A stretch of DNA of 60,720 nucleotides. Source: Gemmatimonadota bacterium. GTDB lineage: Bacteria; Gemmatimonadota; Gemmatimonadetes; Gemmatimonadales; GWC2-71-9. The stretch spans positions 1 through 60,720 of the forward strand of contig JADFIT010000004.1 in the NCBI GenBank assembly GCA_022566515.1. The letters are read 5' to 3'. Shown here in pieces: positions 1 through 11,900 of this stretch; position 1 is the stretch's first letter; the number at the start of each line of letters is the position of its first letter. A model generated the notes under the pieces. The model saw only the letters and a program-made list of their open reading frames with translations, was not told the origin of the DNA and ran no database searches. Both the position numbers and the translations under genes were made by a program.

Positions 1-200
1 TGGATCCAACGCCGGCGCCGTCGGCTGGTGTGGCGCGCAAGCCATCCCCGGGGGTGGGCCGTGCGGGCTCTATGGATCGGGATTGGCCGAGTTGCTGCGT
101 GCCTTCACCGCCTTTGACGGCGCTTACTTTCGGACTGCGTGCCGAGCCCGGGGAGACGGGAGCTGCAGGTGGAGCACGACACAAGAACGAGAGGCTTGAA

Positions 201-1382
201 ATGTCGCTGTTTTCAGGGATTGATCTGGATGCCGTTGGCCCTGCCCTCGCCGCCAACGACGTAGATGGATGGCTGCTGTTCGATTTTCACGGCATCAACC
301 CGATCGCGAAAAGGGTCATTGGATATGCAGGGATGGCAACCAGGCGGCTGTTTGTCTGGCTCCCGAAGGTTGGAACGCCGGTGGCGCTGGCGCACCGCAT
401 AGAGCTGCAGGGTATCGAGGGATTCCCGGGTGAAGTGCGGCCGTACGCCGCATGGCAGGAACTTCACCAACTCCTCGGGGAAGTTGTGAACGGAAAGAAA
501 TTGGCGATGGAAACCTCCCCGGACGATGCCGTCCCCTCCTTGGACCGGGTGCCGGCGGGTGTTGTGTCGCTGGTGGAGCGATTGGGCGGGACGGTGGTTT
601 CCTCGGCCGCCATGGTGTCGCTGTTTGCGGCGCGGTGGTCCACGGCAGAGCTGGAAGGGCACCGGGCGGCGGCCGAGACGCTGGCGGACATCGCGCGGCG
701 CACGATTCAGGATGTGGTGGGACGGGTTGGGGAGGCCCGCGAAGCGGGAGTGCAGCGAGAAGTGTTACAGGCGATGGAGAACGCCGGATTGACCACAGAC
801 CATCCGCCAATCGTGGCCTTCGGTTCGAACGCGGCGAATCCCCACTATGAGCCTTGCGACGGATCCGACTCCGAACTCAAGGAAGGCGAAGTGGTTCTCA
901 TCGATCTATGGGGTGGTAAGACCCTCCACACGGTCTTCGCGGATCAGACGTGGATGGGTTTCGCTGGTACTACGCCACCGGACGACGTTGTGCGTGCCTG
1001 GACCACCGCTCGCGATGCTCGCGACGCGGTTTTGCAGCACTTGGAGCGGGCCTTCGCCGAGGGCCGTCCGGTGACGGGGGCCGATCTGGACGACGTGGCG
1101 AGGGGCCACATCACGAAGCACGGGTACGGCGATGCCTTTGTGCATCGTACGGGCCACTCCATCGATATCGAGCTGCATGGATCGGGACCGAACCTGGACA
1201 ACTTCGAAACCAACGATGTGCGGCAGCTTCTGCCCGGCACCGGTTTTTCCATCGAGCCGGGCATCTACTTGCCGGGCCGTTTCGGCATCAGGACCGAGAT
1301 CAACGTCTACCTGCACGAAACTGGTCCCGAACCGACGCCGGTGGAGCGTCAGCAGGACCTGATTACGCAGCGGTCTTCCTAG
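201..1382 (+). CDS. Xaa-Pro peptidase family (M24) metallopeptidase
   Basis: Pita-bread metal ligand motifs ANPHY, LIDLW, ADQT, HRTGHSI, FSIEPGIY, IRTEIN. ATG at 201 follows GAGAGG; the longer GTG start at 30 is unlikely. Confidence 0.9.
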   Translation: MSLFSGIDLDAVGPALAANDVDGWLLFDFHGINPIAKRVIGYAGMATRRLFVWLPKVGTPVALAHRIELQGIEGFPGEVRPYAAWQELHQLLGEVVNGKKLAMETSPDDAVPSLDRVPAGVVSLVERLGGTVVSSAAMVSLFAARWSTAELEGHRAAAETLADIARRTIQDVVGRVGEAREAGVQREVLQAMENAGLTTDHPPIVAFGSNAANPHYEPCDGSDSELKEGEVVLIDLWGGKTLHTVFADQTWMGFAGTTPPDDVVRAWTTARDARDAVLQHLERAFAEGRPVTGADLDDVARGHITKHGYGDAFVHRTGHSIDIELHGSGPNLDNFETNDVRQLLPGTGFSIEPGIYLPGRFGIRTEINVYLHETGPEPTPVERQQDLITQRSS

Positions 1383-2271
1383 GCCAGGTAAACCACGCGA
1401 ACGCCACCAGGGCGGTCCACACCGCGGTTCCCGCGGCCACGTGCGTTACCCGCCAATGTGGCTGCAAGACACTCCACATCATGCCGGCAGCCACTGCCAC
1501 CTGGATCAGCGTGATGGCGAGCGCGGCGAGCGCTGCTCTTTTTACCGGCGGCGGGGTCTTTCGGCGAGTGACCCGAGCGGCGATGCCAATCAGGTGGAGC
1601 GTGAGCCCGTAGGCCACGAGCCTATGGAACCAGTGGATGTGGGCCAGCCCGCCATTCGATTCACTGGGGAATATCTCACCGCTGCAGAGGGGAAAACCGA
1701 GGCACGCACCAGCGGCCCCCAGGTTGGCGGTCAAGGCTCCCAAGAGCACGACGAGGCCCCCGAGGCCGAGGGCCACGGCGGCACTGCGCCACGTGGCCGG
1801 GTCGCCGGTCCACTGATTTTGGGCTTGGCGCTCTCCGGCCCGCAGCCCGACGACGATCAGCGCGGCCAGCATGGCCATCGCCGTGCCCAAGTGCAGGATG
1901 ACCACGGATGAAGGCAATTCCAGCCACACGGTGATTGCCCCGAGGAGTACCTGAATCACCAGCAGCGCCGCGGCGAGTGTCGCGGGGCGAAGCGGGCCGC
2001 CCCGGCCGCTCACGCCAGGGGTTTGTCTCTGCGTGTACGCCACAACAGCAAGGCCTACAACCAAGGCACTGACGCCGAGGGCCACCAGGCGATGCGCCCA
2101 CTCGATGAGCGTGGCCATATCGGAAAGCTGAGGGATGATCCGACCGTTACACAGCGGCCAGTCGTCACCACAGCCGAGTCCTGAACCGGAGATCCTAACC
2201 CATCCACCGAGAACGATGAGCAGGTAGGAGGCCCCACTCGCCACGAATGCGAGGAATCGTATGATTTGCAT
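1363..2271 (-). CDS. ctaA: Heme A synthase (COX15/CtaA family)
   Basis: About 8 TM helices, GLGCGDDWPLCNG, EWAHR, HLG, a second Cys pair ACLGFPLC, HWFHR. Start placed at ATG 2271. Confidence 0.88.
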   Translation of the reverse strand: MQIIRFLAFVASGASYLLIVLGGWVRISGSGLGCGDDWPLCNGRIIPQLSDMATLIEWAHRLVALGVSALVVGLAVVAYTQRQTPGVSGRGGPLRPATLAAALLVIQVLLGAITVWLELPSSVVILHLGTAMAMLAALIVVGLRAGERQAQNQWTGDPATWRSAAVALGLGGLVVLLGALTANLGAAGACLGFPLCSGEIFPSESNGGLAHIHWFHRLVAYGLTLHLIGIAARVTRRKTPPPVKRAALAALAITLIQVAVAAGMMWSVLQPHWRVTHVAAGTAVWTALVAFAWFTWPRKTAA

Positions 2272-2398
2272 GGCGCCAAGGATCGTCAACCTGCACTCGG
2301 CAGGCAACCGGCGCGGCCGGGACTAAGGATTTGGTTTCATCTGAGACCAATTGAACCGGCGGCCGGACGCTCCGAATCGTATCTTGTGGAGACGGAAA

Positions 2399-3271
2399 AT
2401 GAGTGGAGCGATGGCGATCAGAGAGCCGAACTGGGGGGAGTACGCTCAGCGGGCACTGGAAGAGGACTGTGCCGGTCAGGACGTCACTACGGCCTTGCTG
2501 GGTGAGCGTGCCGCACGGCCTGCGGCAGGGCGACTCCGTGCGGAAGGCAGCTTCGTGGTGGCGGGCCTTCCGTTGGTGGCTGCCGTGTTTCGGGAGCTGG
2601 AGGCGTCAACATCCGTCGAGCCGGTGGTTGCCGAAGGCGGCAGGGTCGCGGCAGGAGACAGTGTGGCGGTGGTTCGCGGGCCTGGTGGCGCACTGCTTTC
2701 GGGCGAACGTGTCGCCTTGAACTACCTCCAGCGACTCAGCGGGATCGCCAGCGTGACGCGTCGTGCAGTGGAAGCGGTGGCAGGAACCGGCGCGGTCATC
2801 ACGGACACGCGCAAGACGACGCCGGGACTCAGGGAACTGGAGAAATACGCGGTGCGTGTCGGTGGTGGTGAGAATCACCGGGCATCGCTGGCAGATGCGG
2901 TTCTCTGGAAGGACAACCATTGGGAACTGTTGGGGAATCGTGAAGGCCGAGGTCTGGCCGAGTTGTTACGCGGTGTGGCGGAAGGGGTGAGGGTGTGTGT
3001 TGAGGTGGAAGACGAGCAACAGCTCGATGCAGTACTGGACGCTGGTGTTGACTGGATTCTGGCGGACAATCAAACGCCGGAAACGATTGCCGCGTGGTCG
3101 CGACGCTGCGGACCTGAGGTCACCATAGAGGCTTCGGGCGGCATCATGCCCGACACCGCACGCCGGTATGCCGAGGCCGGTGCGCGGCGGATTTCGATCG
3201 GCGCTCTTACGTATGCTCCCGATATCGTTTCAATCAGCTTCGAAATCAGTCTCCTCAGGTCCTCACCTTGA
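2399..3271 (+). CDS. nadC: Nicotinate-nucleotide diphosphorylase (quinolinate phosphoribosyltransferase)
   Basis: ALEED..DVTT, ERVALNYLQRLSGIA, DTRKTTPGLR, KDNH, EVE, EASGG, ISIGALT. Confidence 0.95.
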   Translation: MSGAMAIREPNWGEYAQRALEEDCAGQDVTTALLGERAARPAAGRLRAEGSFVVAGLPLVAAVFRELEASTSVEPVVAEGGRVAAGDSVAVVRGPGGALLSGERVALNYLQRLSGIASVTRRAVEAVAGTGAVITDTRKTTPGLRELEKYAVRVGGGENHRASLADAVLWKDNHWELLGNREGRGLAELLRGVAEGVRVCVEVEDEQQLDAVLDAGVDWILADNQTPETIAAWSRRCGPEVTIEASGGIMPDTARRYAEAGARRISIGALTYAPDIVSISFEISLLRSSP

Positions 3272-4337
3272 TCATCAGCCAGAGCCCGGCGAAAGAGAAC
3301 AAGATATTGGGCATCCATGCAGCCCACACCGGTGGCAGCAACCCGCCGGTACCGATTCCCTGGGAGAGCTGCACCAACAGGAGGAACACGATCGTGGTGC
3401 CGAGGCCGACGCCGATGCCGAACGCGCCACTCACTCGTGGGGCGGTAACGGCGAGTGGCGCGCTGAAGAGGGCGATGATCAAGCATGTGAAGGGAATGGC
3501 GATCTTGAGTTCCTGTCCCACTCGAAGCTTCCTGCCATCTCCGCCCGAGCGTTCCAGCGCATCGATATACCGGCCCAGCTCCACGTAGTCCATCTCTTCG
3601 GGCCGTGCCGGCTCGGCGAGGAGCGCTGCGGGCTCTTCTGAAAAATCTCGCACGCGCATCGAGTCGAACTCGAACGTCAACGCTGTATGGCCGCCGGTGA
3701 GGATGCGAAAGCGCCCGCCGCGCAAAGTCCAACGCGCGAGGGAATCGGAGTAGGTTCCGCGGCGACTCTGGACGATCAGAGTTGGGTATTCCTCCCCGGT
3801 GCCCTCGCGCTCCATTTGAATGTCGCGCACCAGCCGCTGCGACTCGTCGATAGAAGAGATCACATAGACCCAACCCTCTTCGGCCCGGTACACGAAGTTG
3901 AACCGCCGAGAACCGGATTGCTGTTCGCGCTCGCCGAGCAGCTCCATTTGCTTTCGAGTAGCTGCCGGAGAGATCTCGCCGACGCCTAGTGCCAATCCGG
4001 TGGCGATGAGAGACGCCATCAGAATAGGGACGACGAGGCGGTAGAAGCTTTGTCCCGACGCTTTGGCCGCGCTCAATTCCGAATGGCGGCTGAATGCACT
4101 GATGGTGAAGACGGTGGCGAAGAGCACTGCCGCGGGAAGAACGAGGCTGAGGTTTGCGGGGAAGCTGAAGACATAACTCAGCGCCAACTCTGCCGGAGCA
4201 ATCCCTTGCAGCAGGTAGTCATTCATCTTCTCGGTGACATCAATGATGATCACGAACAAGGGGAAGCCGGCAGCAGTGGCCACGAAGATCTTGGTCCACT
4301 CCCACAGCAGGTAACGATCGAGCAACCCGAATTTCAC
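3255..4337 (-). CDS. lptG: LPS export ABC transporter permease LptG (LptF/LptG family)
   Basis: LLDRYL start, SELSAAKASGQS, KIAIPF, AWMPN. GTG at 4337 overlaps the lptF stop (GTGA). Confidence 0.88.
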   Translation of the reverse strand: MKFGLLDRYLLWEWTKIFVATAAGFPLFVIIIDVTEKMNDYLLQGIAPAELALSYVFSFPANLSLVLPAAVLFATVFTISAFSRHSELSAAKASGQSFYRLVVPILMASLIATGLALGVGEISPAATRKQMELLGEREQQSGSRRFNFVYRAEEGWVYVISSIDESQRLVRDIQMEREGTGEEYPTLIVQSRRGTYSDSLARWTLRGGRFRILTGGHTALTFEFDSMRVRDFSEEPAALLAEPARPEEMDYVELGRYIDALERSGGDGRKLRVGQELKIAIPFTCLIIALFSAPLAVTAPRVSGAFGIGVGLGTTIVFLLLVQLSQGIGTGGLLPPVWAAWMPNILFSFAGLWLMIKVRT

Positions 4338-5839
4338 GGGTCGTCCCGCCGGCGGGTCGGGAGTTTGGCGCGCATAGCGGCTAGGAGAGTACCGACGCCG
4401 CGAGCCGTGGTGGCTCTCCGGCGAATGTGGTGCAGCCCGGCGAGGCCCAACAGCCCGAACACGATATTCGGCGTCCACATCGCCAATGGAGCAGGCACGA
4501 CGAGCTGGTTGGCGAAAGACTCACCCGCAATGAGGCCGATATAATAAACGGTGAAGACACCGAGGCTCACACCGATAACGAGGCCCACACCCGCTCGTGG
4601 GAACCGAACCGCCACCGGCACGGCGACGATTACAAATATGAACGACGCTGCAGCCATAGCGTACTTCTTGTGTACTTCGACCAGATAATTCGCCGCACGG
4701 ATTCTCGCGCTGCGTGCGCGATCGCGGAGCGAGTGTGCGGATCGAATGTTCGGTGGACGGACTCCGCTGGTGTACACTATGCGGCCCGGTTCGCCGGTGT
4801 GCTCGTCCTCGACGGACGCCTCCGTGGTGGAGTCGGGGCCCTGCTCCTGTGCTTCCGCCGCCTTCGGGGCAAGCCATGCTGCGATGTCTTCTAACGCGCG
4901 GCAATAAACGGTCGGTCTGGATTCGAGTTCGCTCGAGTCGATCGGGATGGGTGCCAGGCCGACCAAGCCGCGTAAACCGTTCAGCTCAATACCGGCGGCG
5001 CGCCGCTCCGCAAAGCTCCCCTCTCGACGTGCCACGACGATCACCGAGTCCATCTCGCACACGCTCATTTCCCGATCACCCTTGAACCGATCGGCCTCGC
5101 TGCGTGAGAAGTTGCCGCCGATACCCTTGACGCGGATGATCTGGCGGCGGAAATCCATCACCTGGAATTGCCGCGGATCCTGGCGGTTCGACTCGTGCAT
5201 GGTGCCGTCGAACAGCGTAAGGTAGAGATCCCGCTGATCGGCGCCGAACCCCATCGTGCCGCTGTCTGCATAGATGGTCCGCTTCCTGGTTTGATTCGTG
5301 AGGTCGTAGATCGTAACATCGCGGAGCTGATAAGTCGCTCGGTTGATGCGGCTGGCTCGGAGGAAGAATCTATCACGCTGCACTTCATTGATGACCTGCT
5401 CCTCGAGCGAGAAAGTCGGCTTGGTTCGGGCGATATCGGTCAACAGGGTCTTGAGGCGGTGGTTGGATCGGGGCAGCACCTGGTCGCTGAAAAGAAACGC
5501 CACTACTGTCATGAAGACCCCGGCGACCAGCAGAGGACGCATCAGCTGCCCTATGGAAACTCCGCCGGCGTGCAACGCAGTGAGTTCGTTTTCCGCCGCC
5601 AGTCGGCTCACCACGTACAAGACGGCGACGAGAACGGCCATCGGCATGGTCATCGCGACCACAAACGGGACCGAAAGGGCGAATACCTCCACTATCACAG
5701 ACCAGGGCAAGCCCTTGCCCACGAGATCGGGAAGCCGTTTCGCAATCTGGTTCAGGATCATGATGCTCGTGCACGCCGACATGGCGAACACGAACGGAAC
5801 CAGGTGCTGCTTGAGGAGGTATTTGCTGAGTATCGTCAC
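4334..5839 (-). CDS. lptF: LPS export ABC transporter permease LptF (LptF/LptG family), enlarged periplasmic domain
   Basis: ILSKYLLK, MPMAVLVA, ENELTALHAGGVS, VEVHKKY, MWTPN; tandem with lptG. Confidence 0.88.
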   Translation of the reverse strand: MTILSKYLLKQHLVPFVFAMSACTSIMILNQIAKRLPDLVGKGLPWSVIVEVFALSVPFVVAMTMPMAVLVAVLYVVSRLAAENELTALHAGGVSIGQLMRPLLVAGVFMTVVAFLFSDQVLPRSNHRLKTLLTDIARTKPTFSLEEQVINEVQRDRFFLRASRINRATYQLRDVTIYDLTNQTRKRTIYADSGTMGFGADQRDLYLTLFDGTMHESNRQDPRQFQVMDFRRQIIRVKGIGGNFSRSEADRFKGDREMSVCEMDSVIVVARREGSFAERRAAGIELNGLRGLVGLAPIPIDSSELESRPTVYCRALEDIAAWLAPKAAEAQEQGPDSTTEASVEDEHTGEPGRIVYTSGVRPPNIRSAHSLRDRARSARIRAANYLVEVHKKYAMAAASFIFVIVAVPVAVRFPRAGVGLVIGVSLGVFTVYYIGLIAGESFANQLVVPAPLAMWTPNIVFGLLGLAGLHHIRRRATTARGVGTLLAAMRAKLPTRRRDDP

Positions 5840-5913
5840 TTGGTGAAATCGCGTAACTCTCTATATGTGAATGAATTGGGGCTCCGGTGAGGAGTCTCGC
5901 TTCCCTGCATAGT

Positions 5914-8900
5914 ATGGCTTACACCCCGTCCACGGCGAAAGTGTCGTGGCCGGTGGTGGTGCTGGGCCTGAGCCTGTTCTTGCCCGCCGGTGCCGGCGCC
6001 CAGATTGGCGGTACCGGCGTTCGCTTCTACCTGGTCACTGACACATTACAAGTACGACCGCCTCCGGCGCTACGGCTGGGGGGGCTGTGGGATCGCCGTT
6101 CCACGCCCCGGTTGGTGGCCCAGCTTTGGGCCGAGGAAACGCGGCGCCTCATCTCGCGCAACCGCGCTCTCCGCTTCAAGCTACGCCTGTTGAGCACTTT
6201 GGCCCCCTTGCCGGAAGACACCACCGGTGGAGGGGGGCAGCGGCCCGTCCCGCCGGTCGATCCGTCCGATGTGGTGCCCCCACCCACCTCCCTCGAGGCC
6301 CTGGCACGCTATGCGGATCTGAGCATCGAGCTGAACGCGCGGCTCGAAAGCCGAGTGGACCGCCTCCGCAATCTCAACTGTACGGCCCTCGACGCCTCCA
6401 ATCCCGCGTCTGGTTGTCAGGGAGGCTTCCCGACGCCGCTGCTGGACCAGGAATTTTCGCTTCGCGTGGGCGGGGTGATCGGCGACCGCCTCCACGTCAA
6501 CGTGGACTTCGACAGCCAACGCGAGTTCAGCGCAAACAACCGGATCAACGTGTGGTACCAGGGTCTCGAAGATGACATCCTGCGCCGGGTGGAGGTAGGG
6601 AACCTCGACTTTCGGCTACCCTCATCGCGATTCATCACATCGGCGATCCCCGCCAATTCGTTTGGGATCCAGGCCGAAGCTCAACTGGGACCAATGGAGT
6701 TCCGGTCCATCTTGGCGCAGCAGAAGGGGTCGTCTGTGAGAGTCCGAGTATTCACGGTGGGCGACGAGGCGACGCAGGTGATCGAACGGGAGTCGCGTGA
6801 CGTGGAGTTCGAGGACAGCCGGTTTTTCTTCATCGTGAACCCGCTGTTCCTGCCGGCGTACCCCAACGTAGATGTGTTGAACATCGTGCCCGAAGCGCTG
6901 CCGGTCGCGCTCCGGCTCGTCCAAGTCCGAGTCTATCGTCTCCGCGCGCAAAGCGGGCAGGTCGGCATCAACCCCAGCCTGCGGGGCATCGAAGCCGTGG
7001 CCCGGCGTGACGACAGTCCGCAGCGTGTCGGTCCCTTCTTTTGGGATCTCTTGATCGAGGGTCGGGATTACTACCTCGACCCGTCAGGCCTGTGGTTCGG
7101 GTTGCAGAATCGGGTGGGGCTAGACGAGTTCCTGGCTGTTTCTTATGTGACAGCTGCCGGAGACACCGTGGGCACTTTTCCGTCGGTGACGGGCCCGAGC
7201 GACACTTTGTTTCTGATTCACGAGCCGCGGCGCGGTCCGGAGGTTCCCACCTTCCTCCATGAGATGAGGAACTTCTATCGGATCGGTGGCGGCATCAGTC
7301 GAACGACGATCGATTTATCGCTCGTAGTGAACGATTCAGAACGTCCCTTGGATGGAGTGGGAACATATCTGGCACGGCTCGGCCTGGCCACGTCCACCGA
7401 TCCGAGCCAACTCGACGAGTTCAATCGCGTTTTCCCCCGCGAGCGGGACCCCGGTGGTGGCTCACCCCTGCGTGATCTCTTCGTCGTGTTTCCGCACCTA
7501 CAGCCTTTGGCCGACAGCTCACGCCTGCTGGAGGGCGAGCGCAACGACTCGATTTACCGCACACCCACGTTCCTGCGCAACACCGAGGGGCCTGCTCCGC
7601 GGTTTCGCTTCATTTGGGATTATCAGGCCGCGGGCTCCGGCGATCGATCGCGCCTGAACCTCGGCGCGCTGCAGATCCGGATCGGCAGCGAGCAAATCCG
7701 TATCGGGAATCGCGACCTCGTCCGCGGGCGGGATTACGAAATCTCCTATGACCTGGGTGCGGTGACGTTTCTCAATCCCGATTCTCTATTCACCGGTCCA
7801 ACACGCGTGCAAGTGCGCTTTGAACAGAATCAGTTGTTTGATGTCGCTCCGAGCAGCGTGTTCGGGTTTCAGGGTACCTACAATCTCGGCTCGCTGGGGC
7901 GCATCGACGCAACGACGCTGTTCCAGCAAGAGCGAACGATCTTCACGCGTCCTACCTTGGGCTTCGAGCCGCAAGCCATGTTCCTCGGCGGCCTCAGCAC
8001 GGAGCTGCGGTTTCGCGCCGATGGACTCACGCGCGCCCTCGACGCCCTTCCTCTGTTGAGCACAAACGTGCCCTCTACGCTCGAGATCAGCGGGGAGGTA
8101 GCCGTGTCCCGCCCCAACCCGAATCTTACCAGGCAGGCGTACCTGGAGGAGTTCGAGACTCAGTCGTCGACTGTCATAAGTCTCGGCGAGCAGAAGTTTC
8201 AGCTTGGTAGCCGTCCGGCGTCCGGAAGGGGGGTTCCGGCGACACACCTCTCCACACTCGGCGAATTCGATACCAACGACGCCGTGACGTTCGTGTGGCA
8301 AAACGCCATCGAGAAAAGCGACGGTGAGGTGTTTGAAGTCGGCCCCCAGGAGATCGACTCCAGCATAGTGCTGACGGGCGCGTCGCGGCCGAAGGAGACG
8401 CTTCTTTGGCTGACGCTCAAGCCGGATACGGTGGGAGGAGGTCCCGATCCTCTGACCGGCCGTGCGCGCTGGATCCGCCCGTCCACGCCGGGCCCGCGGT
8501 GGCGCAGCATCACGCAGCCGCTCGACCGTTCGGGTCTTGGCGTTGACCTGTCCCGTATTGAGTTTCTCGAGTTCTGGGCCTTGGAGGAAACGGGGCTCGG
8601 CAGGGCTCAAGAAGTCAACCTCGTGTTCGATTTCGGCACCGTGCTGGAGGATGCGGTAGCGTTTGGGCCCGATTCGTTCAGGGTCGTTGGCAACGACACG
8701 ATATTCTCGGGCTTTCAGCAGATCGGCGCCGCGGTGCTGGATTCGGAGAAGGATCCGTTCACCAACTTGTTCAACGCCTCAGTGAATGATGTTGGAATTC
8801 ACGGAGACCTGCTTCCGTCCATCCACAACATCAACACTGGGCAGGTGTTGACTGATTTCCCCATGTGCGAGCGCGTGTTCACCGGCGTGACGATCCCCGC

Positions 8901-11900
8901 TTTTCCCCGTGGTGATCTCAGCGCTCGGTGCACACGCAACAACGGATTCGTGGATTCAGAGGACCTCAACGGCGATAATCGGTTGGATCGCAGCATCGGG
9001 GTCACCCAGGAGGACGTCACGCGGTACGTGGTGCAACTCGGTGACCCTCGCTTCGTGGTTCGGGACGGTAGCGTGCTCCAGCCATCACAGGTCGACGGTA
9101 TTGCCCGACAGTGGAAGCTCTATCGCATTCCCTTCCGGCGGGACACGGTGCAGATCGGCTCTCCCGACTTGAGACGGATCCGCACGCTTCGGATTACAAT
9201 GGTGGCGCCCGCTCGTCCGGGTGACGAGAGGGAAGTGGCGGTGGCATTGGCCCGATTGACCCTGGTGGGGGCGCCGTGGCTGAAGCGGGCGGCGACGCCT
9301 ATCCTGGGTCTTGGCGGCCTGCAAGGAGAGTCGCACGGCGAAGTTATCGCGTCTGTCGTCTCGACGGCGGATGAAGATCTGGGGTACACTTCGCCGCCGG
9401 GCGTGATCGATGTCTCCGAACGCCGGGGTGCCGCTTTCGAGTTTGGCTCGCAGCAGATCAATGAGCGGTCGTTGCGCCTCATCGCGCGCGACCTGCGCGT
9501 GGGAGAGCGGGCCGAGGCGTTCTTGCGGTTTGCAGGCGCGGCGGACAAGAACTTTCTCCAATACAGGAGGCTGCGTGTGTGGGCCAGGGGGCGGGGATCC
9601 GGTTGGGAGGCCGGCGATCTCAACTTCTTCATCAAGGTCGGCAGTGACGAAGACAATTTCTATCTCTACACGACGCCGGCTCGCACGGTCGATTGGGAAC
9701 CCGAGGTGGTCGTGGATCTGGATCGCTGGCTCACACTACGGGAGGAGGTGGAGAACGCGTGGCTAGCCGGTGAGAATCCGTCTGGGTCTGTCGATTGTGG
9801 CGGTGGCGACCCGGAGGCGTTCGTGAGGTGCGATGGGCCGTACCTGATTCAGGTTAAGGATCCCGGTGTTCTACCGCCCAATCTGGCGCGCGTTTCGGAA
9901 ATTGCGGTCGGTATCTTGCGCGTAGGCCAATCCATTTTCATTCCCCAAGCGGAGTTGTGGGTGGACGACATCCGCCTGAGCGATGTGGTGGCCGACGTGG
10001 GTGTGGCTGGCGCGGTCGAGGCTCGCTTGACCGCCGCCGACTTTGCCGAAATCGATTTTTCATTCGTCAGTACCGACGATCGCTTCCGCACGATCGATCA
10101 GGCGCCTGACTATCGTGCAGATGCCCGAACACGCTTCGGCTCGACCGTGCGTATCGACAAATTGCTTCCCGAGTCGTGGGGGATGAGCATTCCCTTCTCC
10201 GTCCGATATCAGCGTCTTGCCACAGAGCCGTTCTTCGTTCGAAACAGTGACGTGCGGGCGCAATCGCTTACGAATCTTCGAACCCCCGGAAATTCGGTCA
10301 CTTCGTATCAAGTAGCCCTACGCCGAACGCGACGTGGCAACAGCTTCGCCGAGCGATTGTTGTTGGACCCGCTGTCGCTGGCGGCGACGCGCCTGAATGC
10401 GCGAAACGCCTCGGAGCTGAGCACGGCAGTGACGAAGAATCGCCAAGTCAGGGCTGAGTATGACAACCGCCCGGCGCCCGAGACAGTCTCGGCGGTGCCC
10501 GGCTTCTTGGTTCGGCTCGTGGAGCGGTTGCCCAGATGGGTGAGAGATAGTGAATTCGGCAAGGGGCTGCGAACGTCTAGAGTGCGATGGAATCCTTATC
10601 AAATACGCGTGAGGTCCGAACTCACCAACAACCTGACCGAGCGACGCACCTTCCGCATACCGGTGACGCTGCCGGACGATCAGTCGCGGGCGCCTCTGCG
10701 AAGCGTGGTTCATACCTGGCGTAACACGATAGGTGCAGACTTGCGTCCGTTTTCTTCGTTGGGGTTGCGTGTGGACTACGTTACGACTCGGGATTTGCAG
10801 GACTATGGTGATTCGACACAGATCGGAAGGTTAGTGAGCGACCATCGCGGCACTTTCGCCGGCAGGGATGTCGGCTTTGAGCGAGATCGCACGCTGTCAA
10901 CTCGCCTAACGACTACTCCAGTCATCAATAGCTGGTTGCGACCGAGGTTCAGTTTCTCCAGCAACTATGTATTCCATCGCGACCCCAACGGGCGTGTTGC
11001 CGTTCAGGTGGTAAGTGATTCGGGCACGACCTTTCGCATTCCGGAAGCCCTGTCCAACTCGAGAGATCGGGTCATGGGTGCGACGTTGGACTTACGCAGG
11101 CTGGTTGAAGTCGTTGCTGGAGCATCGAGTACTGTAGCACGCGTTTTCAGGGGGATTGTTCCAGCCGACGTTTCGTTCCGCACCACCAGAGGGTCTACCT
11201 TCGACCGCATACCGTTCGAGCCCACATTGCGGTATCAACTCGCCCTCGGGGGAGCGGATGAATTTCGGGAGCAAGAGGGCGTGCTTGCAACATCGGCCGT
11301 CGAGTCAAAGCAGTGGACGCTTGCCGGGGGATCCAGGCTCCCCTTGGGATTCGACCTGCGATTTGACTTTCGCCGGACGAAGGCGAACACGTGGGCGCGA
11401 CGAGGCGACCAACAGACACTAATCGAACAGAACTTTCGCCAGTGGCCGTCCGGTACGGTGTCGTGGGTGTTCACGCCACCGAGGGGTATGCGAAGCCTGT
11501 TGTCTAGTGTGACGGCCCGGGCGCGGTATCGCCGTACTGTGGCTTCCAGCTTCCAGCCGGGCGCACTCGGTTTACTGGGACAGGGAACCGAGGACGGCGG
11601 GAGCAGCGCCACGGGAGTGTTCACGGAAACCGTATCCACGAACTTCGCACCGACGGTTACGTTGACGTGGGCGGCAGGCGTGGTGAGCAGAGTCGAGTAT
11701 ACACGTTTTCAGAGCGACATGCTCACATCGGGTAGCCGCACCGTGAATGATGTGCAACGCTTGGGAGCGAGTCTCAATTTCTCAGTCAAAGCGCCTAGTT
11801 GGTTGGTTCGGCTCCCTAGTGAAATTCGCACGTCGGTCACGGCGAGTGCCACGGACGACAGCGTGTGCTTGCAGCGGAGCGGCAGTGCAGAGTGCGCTTC

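Noticed and set aside
1363-3271. 3' overlaps of convergent genes (peptidase/ctaA 20 bp; nadC/lptG 17 bp)
   Set aside because: Short convergent overlaps are common in compact GC-rich genomes.
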